A stretch of DNA of 64,000 nucleotides, from the IMG/VR virus record IMGVR_UViG_3300009446_000004; one strand, 5' to 3'. Origin of the DNA: a virus. Both the position numbers and the translations under genes were made by a program. Shown piece after piece: positions 1 through 8,664 of this stretch (positions within the stretch are counted from its first letter, which is position 1; each line of letters starts with the position of its first letter). The notes under the pieces were generated by a model. It was not told the DNA's origin. It made no database searches and saw nothing but the letters and a program-made list of their open reading frames with translations.

Positions 1-2
1 GG

Positions 3-779
3 GTACTAGATCCTGACTTCATAGGCAAGATCGATACACCAGCTATAAAGACGCCTGACTGTTTTACCAGCTCAGAGACCAGAATGCTTTCTTTGGATCA
101 ATTGGGGGACACTGGCAATATTGAAAACTGGACCGGAAACCCAACTATGCACAATTTCCTTGGCAGGTCAGCACTAACAGCTCAAGCCAATGCAGCCGAA
201 ATTGCACACAGCCAATTTATTTCTGATACACTGCTTGCTCGTAGACCTCATATAAGAGTAGCGCTAAGAGAGGCTTTCCCAACACTGGACCGCGCCACCA
301 GGGAATCATCCGAGTATGCTGGTATTGCCTTGTCAAAGTTTCAAGACTGTATCCAGCCTACCTACTCCCCTTTTCAGGAATGGATCAGGGCCAGGTTATA
401 CGGATCTAGTGAAGCGATTTTAACACACGATCAGGTACTTGGAGGGATATACTTCTTTGGTGAAGGGCAATGTTTCAGCTGCCATCATACCTACCACTTT
501 GCAGGAAATGAACCTCAGTCAATTGGTACGGCTGAAATAGGACGTTTCGAGTTTACAAAGGATTCCACTGATATCGGAAAAGTAGCCGTGCCGTCTTTGT
601 ATAATGTAACAGAGCATCCACCGTACTTTCATAACGGATCAGCCAAGACTATAAAAAAGGCGCTCAAGCAGCATTCTGATCACTTAGATATAGCAATGGA
701 TAGCAGACAGATATATCTAGTGGAGGAGTTCTTGGAGGCGCTGAGGGACCCGGTTATGAATCGATATGGAATTGATTAA
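3..779 (+). CDS. cytochrome c peroxidase / MauG-like heme protein, 5'-truncated
   Basis: Frame is open from base 3 (VLDPDFIGKIDTPAIKTPD...) through the track ORF. It has the heme motif CFSCH after G..FFGEGQ, then VPSLYNV...PPYFHNGS as in the C-terminal domain of di-heme peroxidases. Confidence 0.7.
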   Translation, partial: VLDPDFIGKIDTPAIKTPDCFTSSETRMLSLDQLGDTGNIENWTGNPTMHNFLGRSALTAQANAAEIAHSQFISDTLLARRPHIRVALREAFPTLDRATRESSEYAGIALSKFQDCIQPTYSPFQEWIRARLYGSSEAILTHDQVLGGIYFFGEGQCFSCHHTYHFAGNEPQSIGTAEIGRFEFTKDSTDIGKVAVPSLYNVTEHPPYFHNGSAKTIKKALKQHSDHLDIAMDSRQIYLVEEFLEALRDPVMNRYGID

Positions 780-951
780 CAAACCCCTTTGATTCAATAT
801 TCTCAAGCGCCTTTATGGCTCGCCTGAGGCTTTCTGCTGCCTTTTCTTGCCTTGCCTTTGCTCCTGGGTATTTGTCCCAAAAGTTACTATCAGATAGGCT
901 CTTTTCTATCTGGAAAAGATCTTTAATTAAAGTGAGTATTGCTGGTTTCAT
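754..951 (-). CDS. hypothetical protein
   Basis: Part of track ORF 754-1044; likely start is ATG at 951 (MKPAILTL) after an A-rich leader. Confidence 0.4.
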   Translation of the reverse strand: MKPAILTLIKDLFQIEKSLSDSNFWDKYPGAKARQEKAAESLRRAIKALENIESKGFVNQFHIDS

Positions 952-1346
952 TTGTGTTGTATTTGGGATTAAAAATAGTGCGCAGGTAAGTTCATCAAAC
1001 TCAATATATGTTACCAAAATCGGTAATAAAAAAACCCTGCGCACTTTGTTTTAGATATTGAATCCGTGTTGGCTTACCCAGCAGTCCGATTGATTGCTGG
1101 GCTTGTTGTTTGAAAATCAAGGCGAGGCTCGAACTCGCAATTTCAACCGCCAATGGTACATGATTGCCTTCGCTTAGCCTCACCCCTCAAGTGGTTTACA
1201 GCTTTGCTAAGAGATTACTCACAGTTTTTTTAGCGATTGGGTTGGCTCCCAAATTGGTGATTCTACTAAGCCATATACGATTACCACTTTCGTAGGTCGT
1301 TGCGGGTTCGAACCGCTAAACGCAAAATCATCAATACTTTTTTTAC

Positions 1347-1619
1347 TTACCATATATCAACTTCGGAGCATCTGACATAGTTCCTTTTTGCGTCAATTTC
1401 GATGTGGCTATCATCAAGCGAGCTTAACCCAAAATCGCTTTTGTTAAAACCCTTGACAAATTCAAAGTAGAACTCTCTTGCTTCCTCCCAATCAGGGAAA
1501 GAAGCAACCACTATGTCTTTTGTCGTTCTTGCGAATCCAGGCATGTTATATGTAGCCGTTTCGTCGTGCTTAATCACGATATCCGTAGAGTATCTGTCTT
1601 CTGATTGAATAATAGGCAT
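1347..1619 (-). CDS. hypothetical protein
   Basis: 90-aa ORF with an A-rich leader, co-oriented with its neighbours. Confidence 0.55.
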   Translation of the reverse strand: MPIIQSEDRYSTDIVIKHDETATYNMPGFARTTKDIVVASFPDWEEAREFYFEFVKGFNKSDFGLSSLDDSHIEIDAKRNYVRCSEVDIW

Positions 1620-1677
1620 GATCTTGTTTTTTATAGTTCAATAATAGCCTCAATCAAAGCGATTCGAGGCGGTTTGG

Positions 1678-2190
1678 TTAGTAAACCCTTTCTATAAATG
1701 AGCTGTGGAACCTTTTGTTCCTGTCTCTTATTTCGTTTAGGGTTTGCTGAACAGCCCACCTCACATCTATGGTGGGCTCGAGTCCAGTATCGAATATATC
1801 TCCGTCAACTGTGACAACACAGTGACCTAAATTGAAATCCATTTTTGCCACTATATCATGTGAGAATTTAGTCCCGCTTTTGGTATGCAAAAAAGACGTG
1901 CTACCAGATGCATAGTGCATGCCTTCGTACACTGTGAGGTTGTAAGCCTCAATGATATTTGCTTCTGTACCCTGAATGTTTCCAGATTTAGGGTGTAACA
2001 AATTCCATCTTCTGGCCATCTCGGCCACTGTAATAGGATTTTCTGCAAACAGCTTTGCCGCTTCTGTCAGTTTCGCCTTGTTGTTAGTGCCCCATCCTGA
2101 ATGGGTGAAGCCCATGCCTATAGGCTCGTCACCAACTTGGAATGACTTGATCTTATCAAGTAGTTCGCTTAGATTGATTGCGTTTTCCAT
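1678..2190 (-). CDS. hypothetical early protein
   Basis: Likely start is ATG 2190 (MENAINL), just downstream of the promoter copy at 2229-2270. Confidence 0.6.
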   Translation of the reverse strand: MENAINLSELLDKIKSFQVGDEPIGMGFTHSGWGTNNKAKLTEAAKLFAENPITVAEMARRWNLLHPKSGNIQGTEANIIEAYNLTVYEGMHYASGSTSFLHTKSGTKFSHDIVAKMDFNLGHCVVTVDGDIFDTGLEPTIDVRWAVQQTLNEIRDRNKRFHSSFIERVY

Positions 2191-2228
2191 GTCGTTGTAA
2201 GTTTGTTTGTTATTAATCTTGTTTCCTA

Positions 2229-2270
2229 ATCTGCTGTAAATATAAAGTAAATAACTGAGACTACAAAACA
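2229..2270 (-). promoter_or_regulatory. conserved phage promoter copy (Bacteroidota -33 TTTG / -7 TAnnTTTG type)
   Basis: Minus strand reads TTTTGTAGTCTCAGTTATTTACTTTATATTTACAGCAGAT, nearly identical to 8149-8190 and 27811-27852. Confidence 0.75.
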
Positions 2271-2319
2271 AGCAAGCAAAAAAGCAACAATAAAACCGAA
2301 ATTAAATCACCTTTGATCT

Positions 2320-2853
2320 ATGGATGCACGATATGACTTGATATTCAAGCACACATTTAAGGTAGAGAAAGGATTTCAGAACGACCCAGACGATACGGGA
2401 AATTGGTATCATAAGAAGTTGATCGGCACCAAATATGGCATCATTCCTAGTACTTATTTCCGGTACTACAAAAAAAGGCCCACGGTTCAGGACATGCGCT
2501 CCCTGACATTGGATCAGGCTAAGGAAATAACCTATCATCTATTTTACCTTCAATTTGGTTGTGACAAGATCACAGACGACTATGTAGCACATTTGGTTAT
2601 GGATGCAATGTTCAACCACGGAGCGGGCGGCAAAGTCATACAAAGGGCCTGTAATGTACTAGGAGCAAAGCTACAGATAGATAATGCAATAGGACCCAAT
2701 ACACTTAAAGCTACCAATAGAGCCAATCCTGTGAGCTTGTACAATGAAATAAAATCACAGAGGCTAATGTATATGATGACTTTACATAATTGGTGGAAGT
2801 ACAAAAACGGCTGGATTAGGCGTATATGTTCATTCAACTACGGGGCTATTTAG
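2320..2853 (+). CDS. endolysin, glycoside hydrolase family 108 with C-terminal peptidoglycan-binding domain
   Basis: EKGFQNDPDDTGN...GTKYGI catalytic motif; MDAMFNHG, LQIDNAIGPNTL and GWIRR are typical of GH108 + PG_binding_3. Confidence 0.9.
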   Translation: MDARYDLIFKHTFKVEKGFQNDPDDTGNWYHKKLIGTKYGIIPSTYFRYYKKRPTVQDMRSLTLDQAKEITYHLFYLQFGCDKITDDYVAHLVMDAMFNHGAGGKVIQRACNVLGAKLQIDNAIGPNTLKATNRANPVSLYNEIKSQRLMYMMTLHNWWKYKNGWIRRICSFNYGAI

Positions 2854-3233
2854 CAGGGCCCAAAATTCAGATCATCCTTTATGTTGTTCATGTATTCCCA
2901 CAAAACGGTACCAATATTATCAAAAAATTGTCGCTGTGGAGCACAATATATATAAGGACTAGCTAGGTCCATTTCTTCCAGCAAGGAAACGACAATTTGA
3001 TAATCCTCTTCAATGATTACCTTTTCAAACACAATTGGAGTTCCTTTGTATGTGGCCCATCCCGCAAAATCCCTAGCATTGGATTCTGGAATGCCGAATA
3101 TCTTGGTAAGCAAATAGGCTGATTTTTCATCAATCACAAGCCTATCTATTTTGAAATATGGTTCAAGCGAAAGGTCCCTGCCACCTGAACACGGGGCATG
3201 ATGATCGGTAATATCTCTTTTAAATCTACTCAT
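2850..3233 (-). CDS. hypothetical protein (last gene of the FtsK operon)
   Basis: 127-aa ORF overlapping the upstream gene by 4 bp. Confidence 0.6.
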   Translation of the reverse strand: MSRFKRDITDHHAPCSGGRDLSLEPYFKIDRLVIDEKSAYLLTKIFGIPESNARDFAGWATYKGTPIVFEKVIIEEDYQIVVSLLEEMDLASPYIYCAPQRQFFDNIGTVLWEYMNNIKDDLNFGPC

Positions 3234-3469
3234 GATTTCAGTTCATTTTGTCGTCCTTTTTTGTAAATATAACCTAGCCCAATAATCAAAATCGGAACCA
3301 GCAGCACGGGATTCAATGTCGTTTCTGCGATCTTGTTAGCAGCCTCCAGTATCTCAGAGATTAGCCATATCGATGAGCAAACGCAAAGCCCTAGTGTAAA
3401 TATTGCGGCGACCATTACCAATTCCCTTTGGTCCTCCTCCTCTGTGATATTTGTTACCTTTTTTTTCAT
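3230..3469 (-). CDS. small two-TM membrane protein
   Basis: Likely start ATG 3469 (ATGA overlap with the upstream stop). Two hydrophobic runs: LVMVAAIFTLGLCVCSSIWLI and VLLVPILIIGLGYIY. Confidence 0.6.
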   Translation of the reverse strand: MKKKVTNITEEEDQRELVMVAAIFTLGLCVCSSIWLISEILEAANKIAETTLNPVLLVPILIIGLGYIYKKGRQNELKS

Positions 3470-3861
3470 AGTCCGTATTTGTACATCAAAAGCGATGTGA
3501 TTAATAAAATGATTTCCAACCCTATATCCAATACCACCAAAACAATCATCCATAACACAACCAGAAGATGAGAAAAAAGGGGCAATCTGCGCCATTCTGT
3601 GCGACCTGAGCCCCTCGCCTTTATCTGTAATCGTTTGGTCCCTCTTAGCAATCTCTGCTCCTCTTGGTATGCGTGGCATATCCTGATGGAGAATATTATC
3701 TTGACATTGCCGTCCTGATTCCCGTCAGTTGCTTTGTCCACGGCTTCCCTTCTTTTTTCAAGCTTGTTATCGGTCCACCCGATCTTATAAGCTGCTATCC
3801 TATTCTTGTCTTTCAATAGGTAGATCACAGTCTTTTTAGCGAACGGGTTAAAGTTGATCAC
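3466..3861 (-). CDS. GIY-YIG / T5orf172-like domain protein with C-terminal TM helix
   Basis: VIYLL...AYKIGWT...R and a terminal TEW motif, followed by a hydrophobic tail. Confidence 0.65.
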   Translation of the reverse strand: MINFNPFAKKTVIYLLKDKNRIAAYKIGWTDNKLEKRREAVDKATDGNQDGNVKIIFSIRICHAYQEEQRLLRGTKRLQIKARGSGRTEWRRLPLFSHLLVVLWMIVLVVLDIGLEIILLITSLLMYKYGL

Positions 3862-5257
3862 CTGTTGATTCGTTTTGTTGCTGGTATTCTTTGACTGCTT
3901 CGTAAATTCTTTGCGCCCTGGTAGCTCCTATCTTTACCCAGGTGGATTCCGGACCCACTCTCAGTCCTTGTTCCCTCATGAATTGCTTTTGCATCTTGCC
4001 ACCGTTTTCTATATGCTCTAATCCATGGCGCAAATACCGATCCTCTTTAGATTCTGACTTTTTGATTATTGGTGCCATGTGCTCGCGGTCTTTCAAAATT
4101 GTGGACGGTCCAGGGAATCTATCGGACATATCGAAAATGTAATCTACCAACTCAGATTCCGAGATAAAAGCCGATTGTGCGCGGTAGGTCACACCACCAT
4201 CCATAACAATCATATCGCCTTTATCAAGCAGATTGTGCGCGTTTGTTTCTGCTCCTAGTATTGCGCTGGAATCATGGGCTGAGGCAACGCGGAGGCATAT
4301 CTTCATTGGTAACTGGCTCTTTAACTCAACCGATAACACTTTGCTACTAGGTCGCTGTGTGGTGATAATAAGGCGTATTCCGGCTGATCTGGCTTTACGG
4401 CTTAATACCTGGCACATATCAATAAAATCGCCTTGTCGGTCTCCCATCGACGCCACAAGATCAGAAAATTCATCAAAGATAGCCACGATATGAAATCTGC
4501 TTTTTAGCATTTCGTTTTCCTGATCATTTTTGCCATCCAATGGTAGGTCCTCTATTTCTTTGCAGTGGAAGTGCTTTAGTACTTGGTACCTGTGACGCAT
4601 CTCTCCTACTAGCCTACGGATTGCCTCGAAAGCATCTAAAGGGTTTGTTATGATCGGATCAACTCCGGACTTCAGCGCCATCATAAAACAGGGCAACCCA
4701 TTCCACCGGGTAAACTGGTTTCCCTTGGGATCAAAGAATAGTATTTTGGTCCATTCTGGAGATCTTGAGCGAGTTAATCCAACCATAACAGAATCCAATA
4801 CAACCGACTTTCCGGATCCAGTTATTCCGGCTATCACAGCATGAGCGGACAGATTCAATATCAGCGGTTTCTTATCTGCCTGTAGTCCTAGGAAAACGGG
4901 ACACGGCATCGGTCGTCCTCCCATCATTGGCAACGTATCTGGAAACTCACCAAAGTACACCATTTGCCGATCTCTGGTTGGTACCATGATTCCAATGCGG
5001 TCATTGTCCTGCTCTTGGCCTATGTACTGAACTCCAGAAACCCCAAGCGAGACCCCAATATCTGATATTTTTCTTTTTACGTCTGAGGCCGTTTGCCCTT
5101 CCAGCAGATCAAAGTAGTAGATAGTGGCGTTTGGTCCATTTATGATCCGTAATTTATTGCCCCACTTGATCCCGTGGGTATTCAGTGCTGGATAAAAGTC
5201 AGATATCAGATCTTGGTTTGTTCTGGTTCGCTTTCTGCTAGTTGCTTGCTTAAACAC
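3848..5257 (-). CDS. FtsK/SpoIIIE-family DNA translocase ATPase (motor only, no N-terminal TM domain)
   Basis: Walker A AGITGSGKS, FFDPK, Walker B IVAIFDEFSDL, RKARSAGIRLIITTQRPS, LLDKGDMI; the C-terminal KIGATRAQRIYE resembles the gamma winged helix. Confidence 0.9.
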   Translation of the reverse strand: MFKQATSRKRTRTNQDLISDFYPALNTHGIKWGNKLRIINGPNATIYYFDLLEGQTASDVKRKISDIGVSLGVSGVQYIGQEQDNDRIGIMVPTRDRQMVYFGEFPDTLPMMGGRPMPCPVFLGLQADKKPLILNLSAHAVIAGITGSGKSVVLDSVMVGLTRSRSPEWTKILFFDPKGNQFTRWNGLPCFMMALKSGVDPIITNPLDAFEAIRRLVGEMRHRYQVLKHFHCKEIEDLPLDGKNDQENEMLKSRFHIVAIFDEFSDLVASMGDRQGDFIDMCQVLSRKARSAGIRLIITTQRPSSKVLSVELKSQLPMKICLRVASAHDSSAILGAETNAHNLLDKGDMIVMDGGVTYRAQSAFISESELVDYIFDMSDRFPGPSTILKDREHMAPIIKKSESKEDRYLRHGLEHIENGGKMQKQFMREQGLRVGPESTWVKIGATRAQRIYEAVKEYQQQNESTGDQL

Positions 5258-5317
5258 TTGTTTGTTTATTTTAATAACTCATTGAAATTTCCACATAGTT
5301 GATCCTGTTAAGACCCT

Positions 5318-5341
5318 TCGGACGGGCGGACGAAACGGACG
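5318..5341 (+). repeat. three CGGACG direct repeats in the intergenic region upstream of the FtsK gene
   Basis: TTCGGACGGGCGGACGAAACGGACG; copies at 5319, 5327 and 5336. Confidence 0.7.
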
Positions 5342-5391
5342 AACTACGGTATAGTGAGCTCGTTGATTTTTTAGGGTCGGTTTTTCGTCTG

Positions 5392-6129
5392 TTACCTGAA
5401 AATCTGTTTCCCCATCAAATAGCAAACAATATCAAGCAAGGATACCAAGAAGAAACCAAAATAGGCTAGCATCCCAGGGTTAAGATGAATCATCTTTTTT
5501 GCTCTGTCGAAGTGCATCCCTGACAGGGAGACATTTTCATGTGTGTTACCCATCAACCAGGTGAATAGTCTGCCCTTATGGTGATCTATTGCAAAATCAG
5601 TCAAGCTATCCCTATTGTTTGGCGTCTTTCCTTCTGCGAGTATATAATCAAAATCATCAGGGCCATTCTCTTTCATTAATTTGAAATTGGTGTAGTCCCG
5701 TTCATCGTGCTTGGTTGCATTCTCAAAATGAAACTTAGCTTGATGCCAGTTCTTATCCTTGTAATGTATTCCAACTCCGTGTTTATTCCTCAGTGTAGCA
5801 AACGGGAGTTCCTGGCCTGTTCTGGCTTTCTTCAAAAGCATATGATACACAAAAAATAAAGATCCAAGCAGCATCCAAAATGTAGCCCAAAACCAAAACC
5901 CATACCAAAAGCAAACTATTGTAACTATCAGACAGATAAATGATTTTAGTTGAGTCGTCGCAAACCTGTATAGCATTTTGATAACAAACGGCGAGGCAAC
6001 ACCTAGCATGAAATCAACTTGAGTCCATAGTAATAGCGCGACGGTCTTGAACCAATCGGAGTTCTTTTTCTTTTTTCTTTTACTCCCCATCATCTGTCTT
6101 TTTGAAGTTTTCCGAGGCAATATGTACAA
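5392..6129 (-). CDS. multi-pass membrane protein with a soluble central domain
   Basis: Basic N-terminus (KRKKKK), 2-3 hydrophobic helices, a soluble region and a C-terminal TM helix. Confidence 0.7.
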   Translation of the reverse strand: MYILPRKTSKRQMMGSKRKKKKNSDWFKTVALLLWTQVDFMLGVASPFVIKMLYRFATTQLKSFICLIVTIVCFWYGFWFWATFWMLLGSLFFVYHMLLKKARTGQELPFATLRNKHGVGIHYKDKNWHQAKFHFENATKHDERDYTNFKLMKENGPDDFDYILAEGKTPNNRDSLTDFAIDHHKGRLFTWLMGNTHENVSLSGMHFDRAKKMIHLNPGMLAYFGFFLVSLLDIVCYLMGKQIFR

Positions 6130-6994
6130 TTACAGCAAGAACCAACGAAGCACAAAACCCGTAAACATAGCCCCAAAAAGTTTGATCCGCCTTCGACCAG
6201 AAATGGATAAGTGTCAGGATAAAAGTTAGGCCAGTAATCGGAAAAATTCCGATCCAGTTCCGACCGCTATGTAAGGTCTTTGCAATCATTACCTCAGTAC
6301 CAACGGCTATTCCGATTCCGAAAAGGTAATCAGTCGGATGGCTGTAACCGCCTTGGGTTTGACCGTATGTTGCAACCATCATTCCGAAAGTGGCGAACCC
6401 GGTAATCAAAAGGGCAAAGGAATACAGACCGCGTTCCGACTGTAAATCCTTCTTTAATCGGTTTTGTTCCGACTTGAGAAACTTATCTAATCGTGAACTA
6501 ACATCGGCTAACTCAGCATTAAGGCCGGAAATCTCTGCTATTTTGCTTGATAAATCGGACCGGAATAGTTCATTTTCCAACCTTAAAAGATCATCATCGT
6601 TCCGAAGCTTTCGGATTATTTCGGTCAATTGTTCCGATTCGTTCCGACTATTTTGCAGGTCCGATCGGAGCTTGTCCGATTCATCAGCGGTTGGTTTGTC
6701 GGATTTTTCCGAAACATTTCCCGATTTTAGAAGATCCGATTTTAGCAATTCAAAGGCTTTACGATCCGATTTGCTACCTAGCAAAGTACCGTCCAACATT
6801 GGAGCTATAACCAAATCCAAACATCCGAAAGAACCATTAAATAGGATTTTGTTCCGACCTCCTGGCTTTATAACCGTCATCGGATCGTTTGGATTTTCGG
6901 TCTTGTATTTCTTGAGCTTTCGAGTTATTGCGGTGGATGCAGTGGATGAGTCAGATCCTGGGAATACTAATTTGGCTATTTCTGTGATCAGCAT
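6080..6994 (-). CDS. putative DNA-binding + coiled-coil + four-TM membrane protein
   Basis: Likely start ATG 6994 (MLITEIAKLVF, ACACCAC-type leader). N-terminal helix-turn-helix-like segment, heptad coiled coil and four C-terminal hydrophobic helices. Confidence 0.7.
   Translation of the reverse strand: MLITEIAKLVFPGSDSSTASTAITRKLKKYKTENPNDPMTVIKPGGRNKILFNGSFGCLDLVIAPMLDGTLLGSKSDRKAFELLKSDLLKSGNVSEKSDKPTADESDKLRSDLQNSRNESEQLTEIIRKLRNDDDLLRLENELFRSDLSSKIAEISGLNAELADVSSRLDKFLKSEQNRLKKDLQSERGLYSFALLITGFATFGMMVATYGQTQGGYSHPTDYLFGIGIAVGTEVMIAKTLHSGRNWIGIFPITGLTFILTLIHFWSKADQTFWGYVYGFCASLVLAVIVHIASENFKKTDDGE
6238..6884. repeat. dense array of TCCGA/TCGGA pentamers inside a coding sequence
   Basis: Hand count of 24 exact copies (17 TCCGA, 7 TCGGA on +), including inverted pairs such as TCCGATCGGA at 6660-6669. 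Confidence 0.85.
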
Positions 6995-7065
6995 TTTAAT
7001 CTTTGTGGTGTTAAAAAACCGCCACAGGAATCCGAGATCCTGTGACGGTAAACAAAACTCTAACC

Positions 7066-8010
7066 TTATTTCTGTGCTTCGACCCATTCATTAAGATCTT
7101 GGATCTTTTGAATCAAACGATTTGCGATCTTTTCACCCTTTGGTGTCTTATCGTTTTCCTGCATTTGTTTTAAGGTCTGGATCACCTGAAACAGATAATC
7201 AATGTAAGGACCAGTTGGATCTCCTGGATCCTCAGGGCTTTGGGTATTGGTGGTGATTTTTTGTAATTCACAAGCCCCAACAGCCACATGAGCTATAGGA
7301 GCCGTTTCGGGATTCCATGCAAAGTGCTCCGCCTCTGCATCTTTAAGACCTTCAGGTCGATCGTCGATGCTAGTTGTGTCCTCTTCTATTTCCTTGTTTA
7401 GCTGGTTTGCTATTTGCTGTCTTTCCTTTGCTTCAGCGTCCACTTTCCGTTGTGCGATTGCTTGAGCTCGCTCCTCTTCAGCAGCCAGTCTTTCATCCTC
7501 CTGAACTTTGAAACTTAGTTTTGCAAGTTTCAAAACTTGGGCGAATTGCTCTGTACTAAGATCCGCCGCGCTTGATCCCTTTGGGAAAACGTAGTGGCCT
7601 TGGTACGGCTTTAGCTGGACCATGCGCTCCTGACCCGTTTCGTATCGTTTCTTTGCTTCGGCCTGCTCTGCCAAAGTCTCGATCATTGCAAGCTTGTTCT
7701 CTACTGGCTTGCTTGTATCGTCAACCAACGATTGTAGGGCCCTAAGTGTGTTATCCAGGGGTTTAATCTGATTCCGGTCAGATTTAATATCGCCAGTAAC
7801 CGCAAGTCTAGCTCTGCGGATTTCAAGACGCTTGTCTTTGGCTTTCTTTTGACCTTCGTGGTCGTCGGCCTCAATATCTTGATCCAGTATTTCTGTAGCC
7901 TCAGAAATTAAGGTTTTGATAACGGCCATACCGCCGTCATACTTGGTTTCCAGTTCTGTTGCTTTTTCTAAGGCAACACCTGGATCTATTGCTTTTTTAA
8001 CTTCACTCAT
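7066..8010 (-). CDS. coiled-coil protein (DUF1351-like)
   Basis: Likely start ATG 8010 after the leftward promoter. Long charged helices (EIRRARLAV...NQIKPLDN...KPVENKL). Confidence 0.5.
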   Translation of the reverse strand: MSEVKKAIDPGVALEKATELETKYDGGMAVIKTLISEATEILDQDIEADDHEGQKKAKDKRLEIRRARLAVTGDIKSDRNQIKPLDNTLRALQSLVDDTSKPVENKLAMIETLAEQAEAKKRYETGQERMVQLKPYQGHYVFPKGSSAADLSTEQFAQVLKLAKLSFKVQEDERLAAEEERAQAIAQRKVDAEAKERQQIANQLNKEIEEDTTSIDDRPEGLKDAEAEHFAWNPETAPIAHVAVGACELQKITTNTQSPEDPGDPTGPYIDYLFQVIQTLKQMQENDKTPKGEKIANRLIQKIQDLNEWVEAQK

Positions 8011-8038
8011 GTAAGATTGTTTTTTGTTTTCAACTTCT

Positions 8039-8080
8039 ACGCAAATATAAAGTAAATAAACGAAATGCAGAAACAATGCG
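8039..8080 (-). promoter_or_regulatory. leftward promoter (Bacteroidota type)
   Basis: Minus strand TTGTTTCTGCATTTCGTTTATTTACTTTATATTTGCGT contains TATATTTG. Confidence 0.7.
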
Positions 8081-8148
8081 CAATAAAAATGCTAATTGCC
8101 GACAAAAGAAAACAAATCGCTCAAAAAGTGCCTTATAATATACGCTAG

Positions 8149-8190
8149 TTTTGTGGTTTCAGATATTTACTTTATATTTACAGCAGATTA
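8149..8190 (+). promoter_or_regulatory. rightward conserved phage promoter
   Basis: TTTTGTGGTTTCAGATATTTACTTTATATTTACAGCAGATTA, back-to-back with 8039-8080. Confidence 0.75.
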
Positions 8191-8205
8191 CAAAACGATA
8201 CTAAT

Positions 8206-8664
8206 ATGACAACTCCAAAGCAAGAGGCGATCACAGAAAGACTAGCACACGTTGCCAGCTACATTAACGGTAGAGGCATAGCAACTGCTAAGTCGCTTTC
8301 ATTTAGCAAGCAGGGAAGCAAGTTTGGAAACAGCGGCTATATCGGCAATGAGTTTGGAGCTGACATCAAGTTTAAGATTCGCGTATCAGATCACGGATGT
8401 GGGGGAGCGAGAATCAAGGAAGAGATTTGTATCAGCCACACTGATACATTGATCGAAATTACAGAAAGGCTGGAAAGGGCTTTCAATACTGCCAGGTGGT
8501 CGGATAAGGTAGTTATCAGAGAAGAAATAAATACTGAAAAAGGCATAAAGGGAATCTTCCCAAATGCTACGATTGAATTGATTCAGGCAGGTATCAAGAC
8601 AAGCAAGAAAGGGAATGTGTTGAACCTTTACAGGGTCGCTTACTCAAAAAAAGTTTTCAAATAA
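8206..8664 (+). CDS. hypothetical early protein
   Basis: 152-aa ORF immediately after the promoter. Confidence 0.65.
   Translation: MTTPKQEAITERLAHVASYINGRGIATAKSLSFSKQGSKFGNSGYIGNEFGADIKFKIRVSDHGCGGARIKEEICISHTDTLIEITERLERAFNTARWSDKVVIREEINTEKGIKGIFPNATIELIQAGIKTSKKGNVLNLYRVAYSKKVFK

Noticed and set aside
6390-7094. 234-aa + strand ORF (and 6547-6810) antisense to the membrane-protein gene
   Set aside because: The Ser/Arg-rich composition and open frames are a by-product of the TCCGA array and antisense codon structure; no leader or domain signal.
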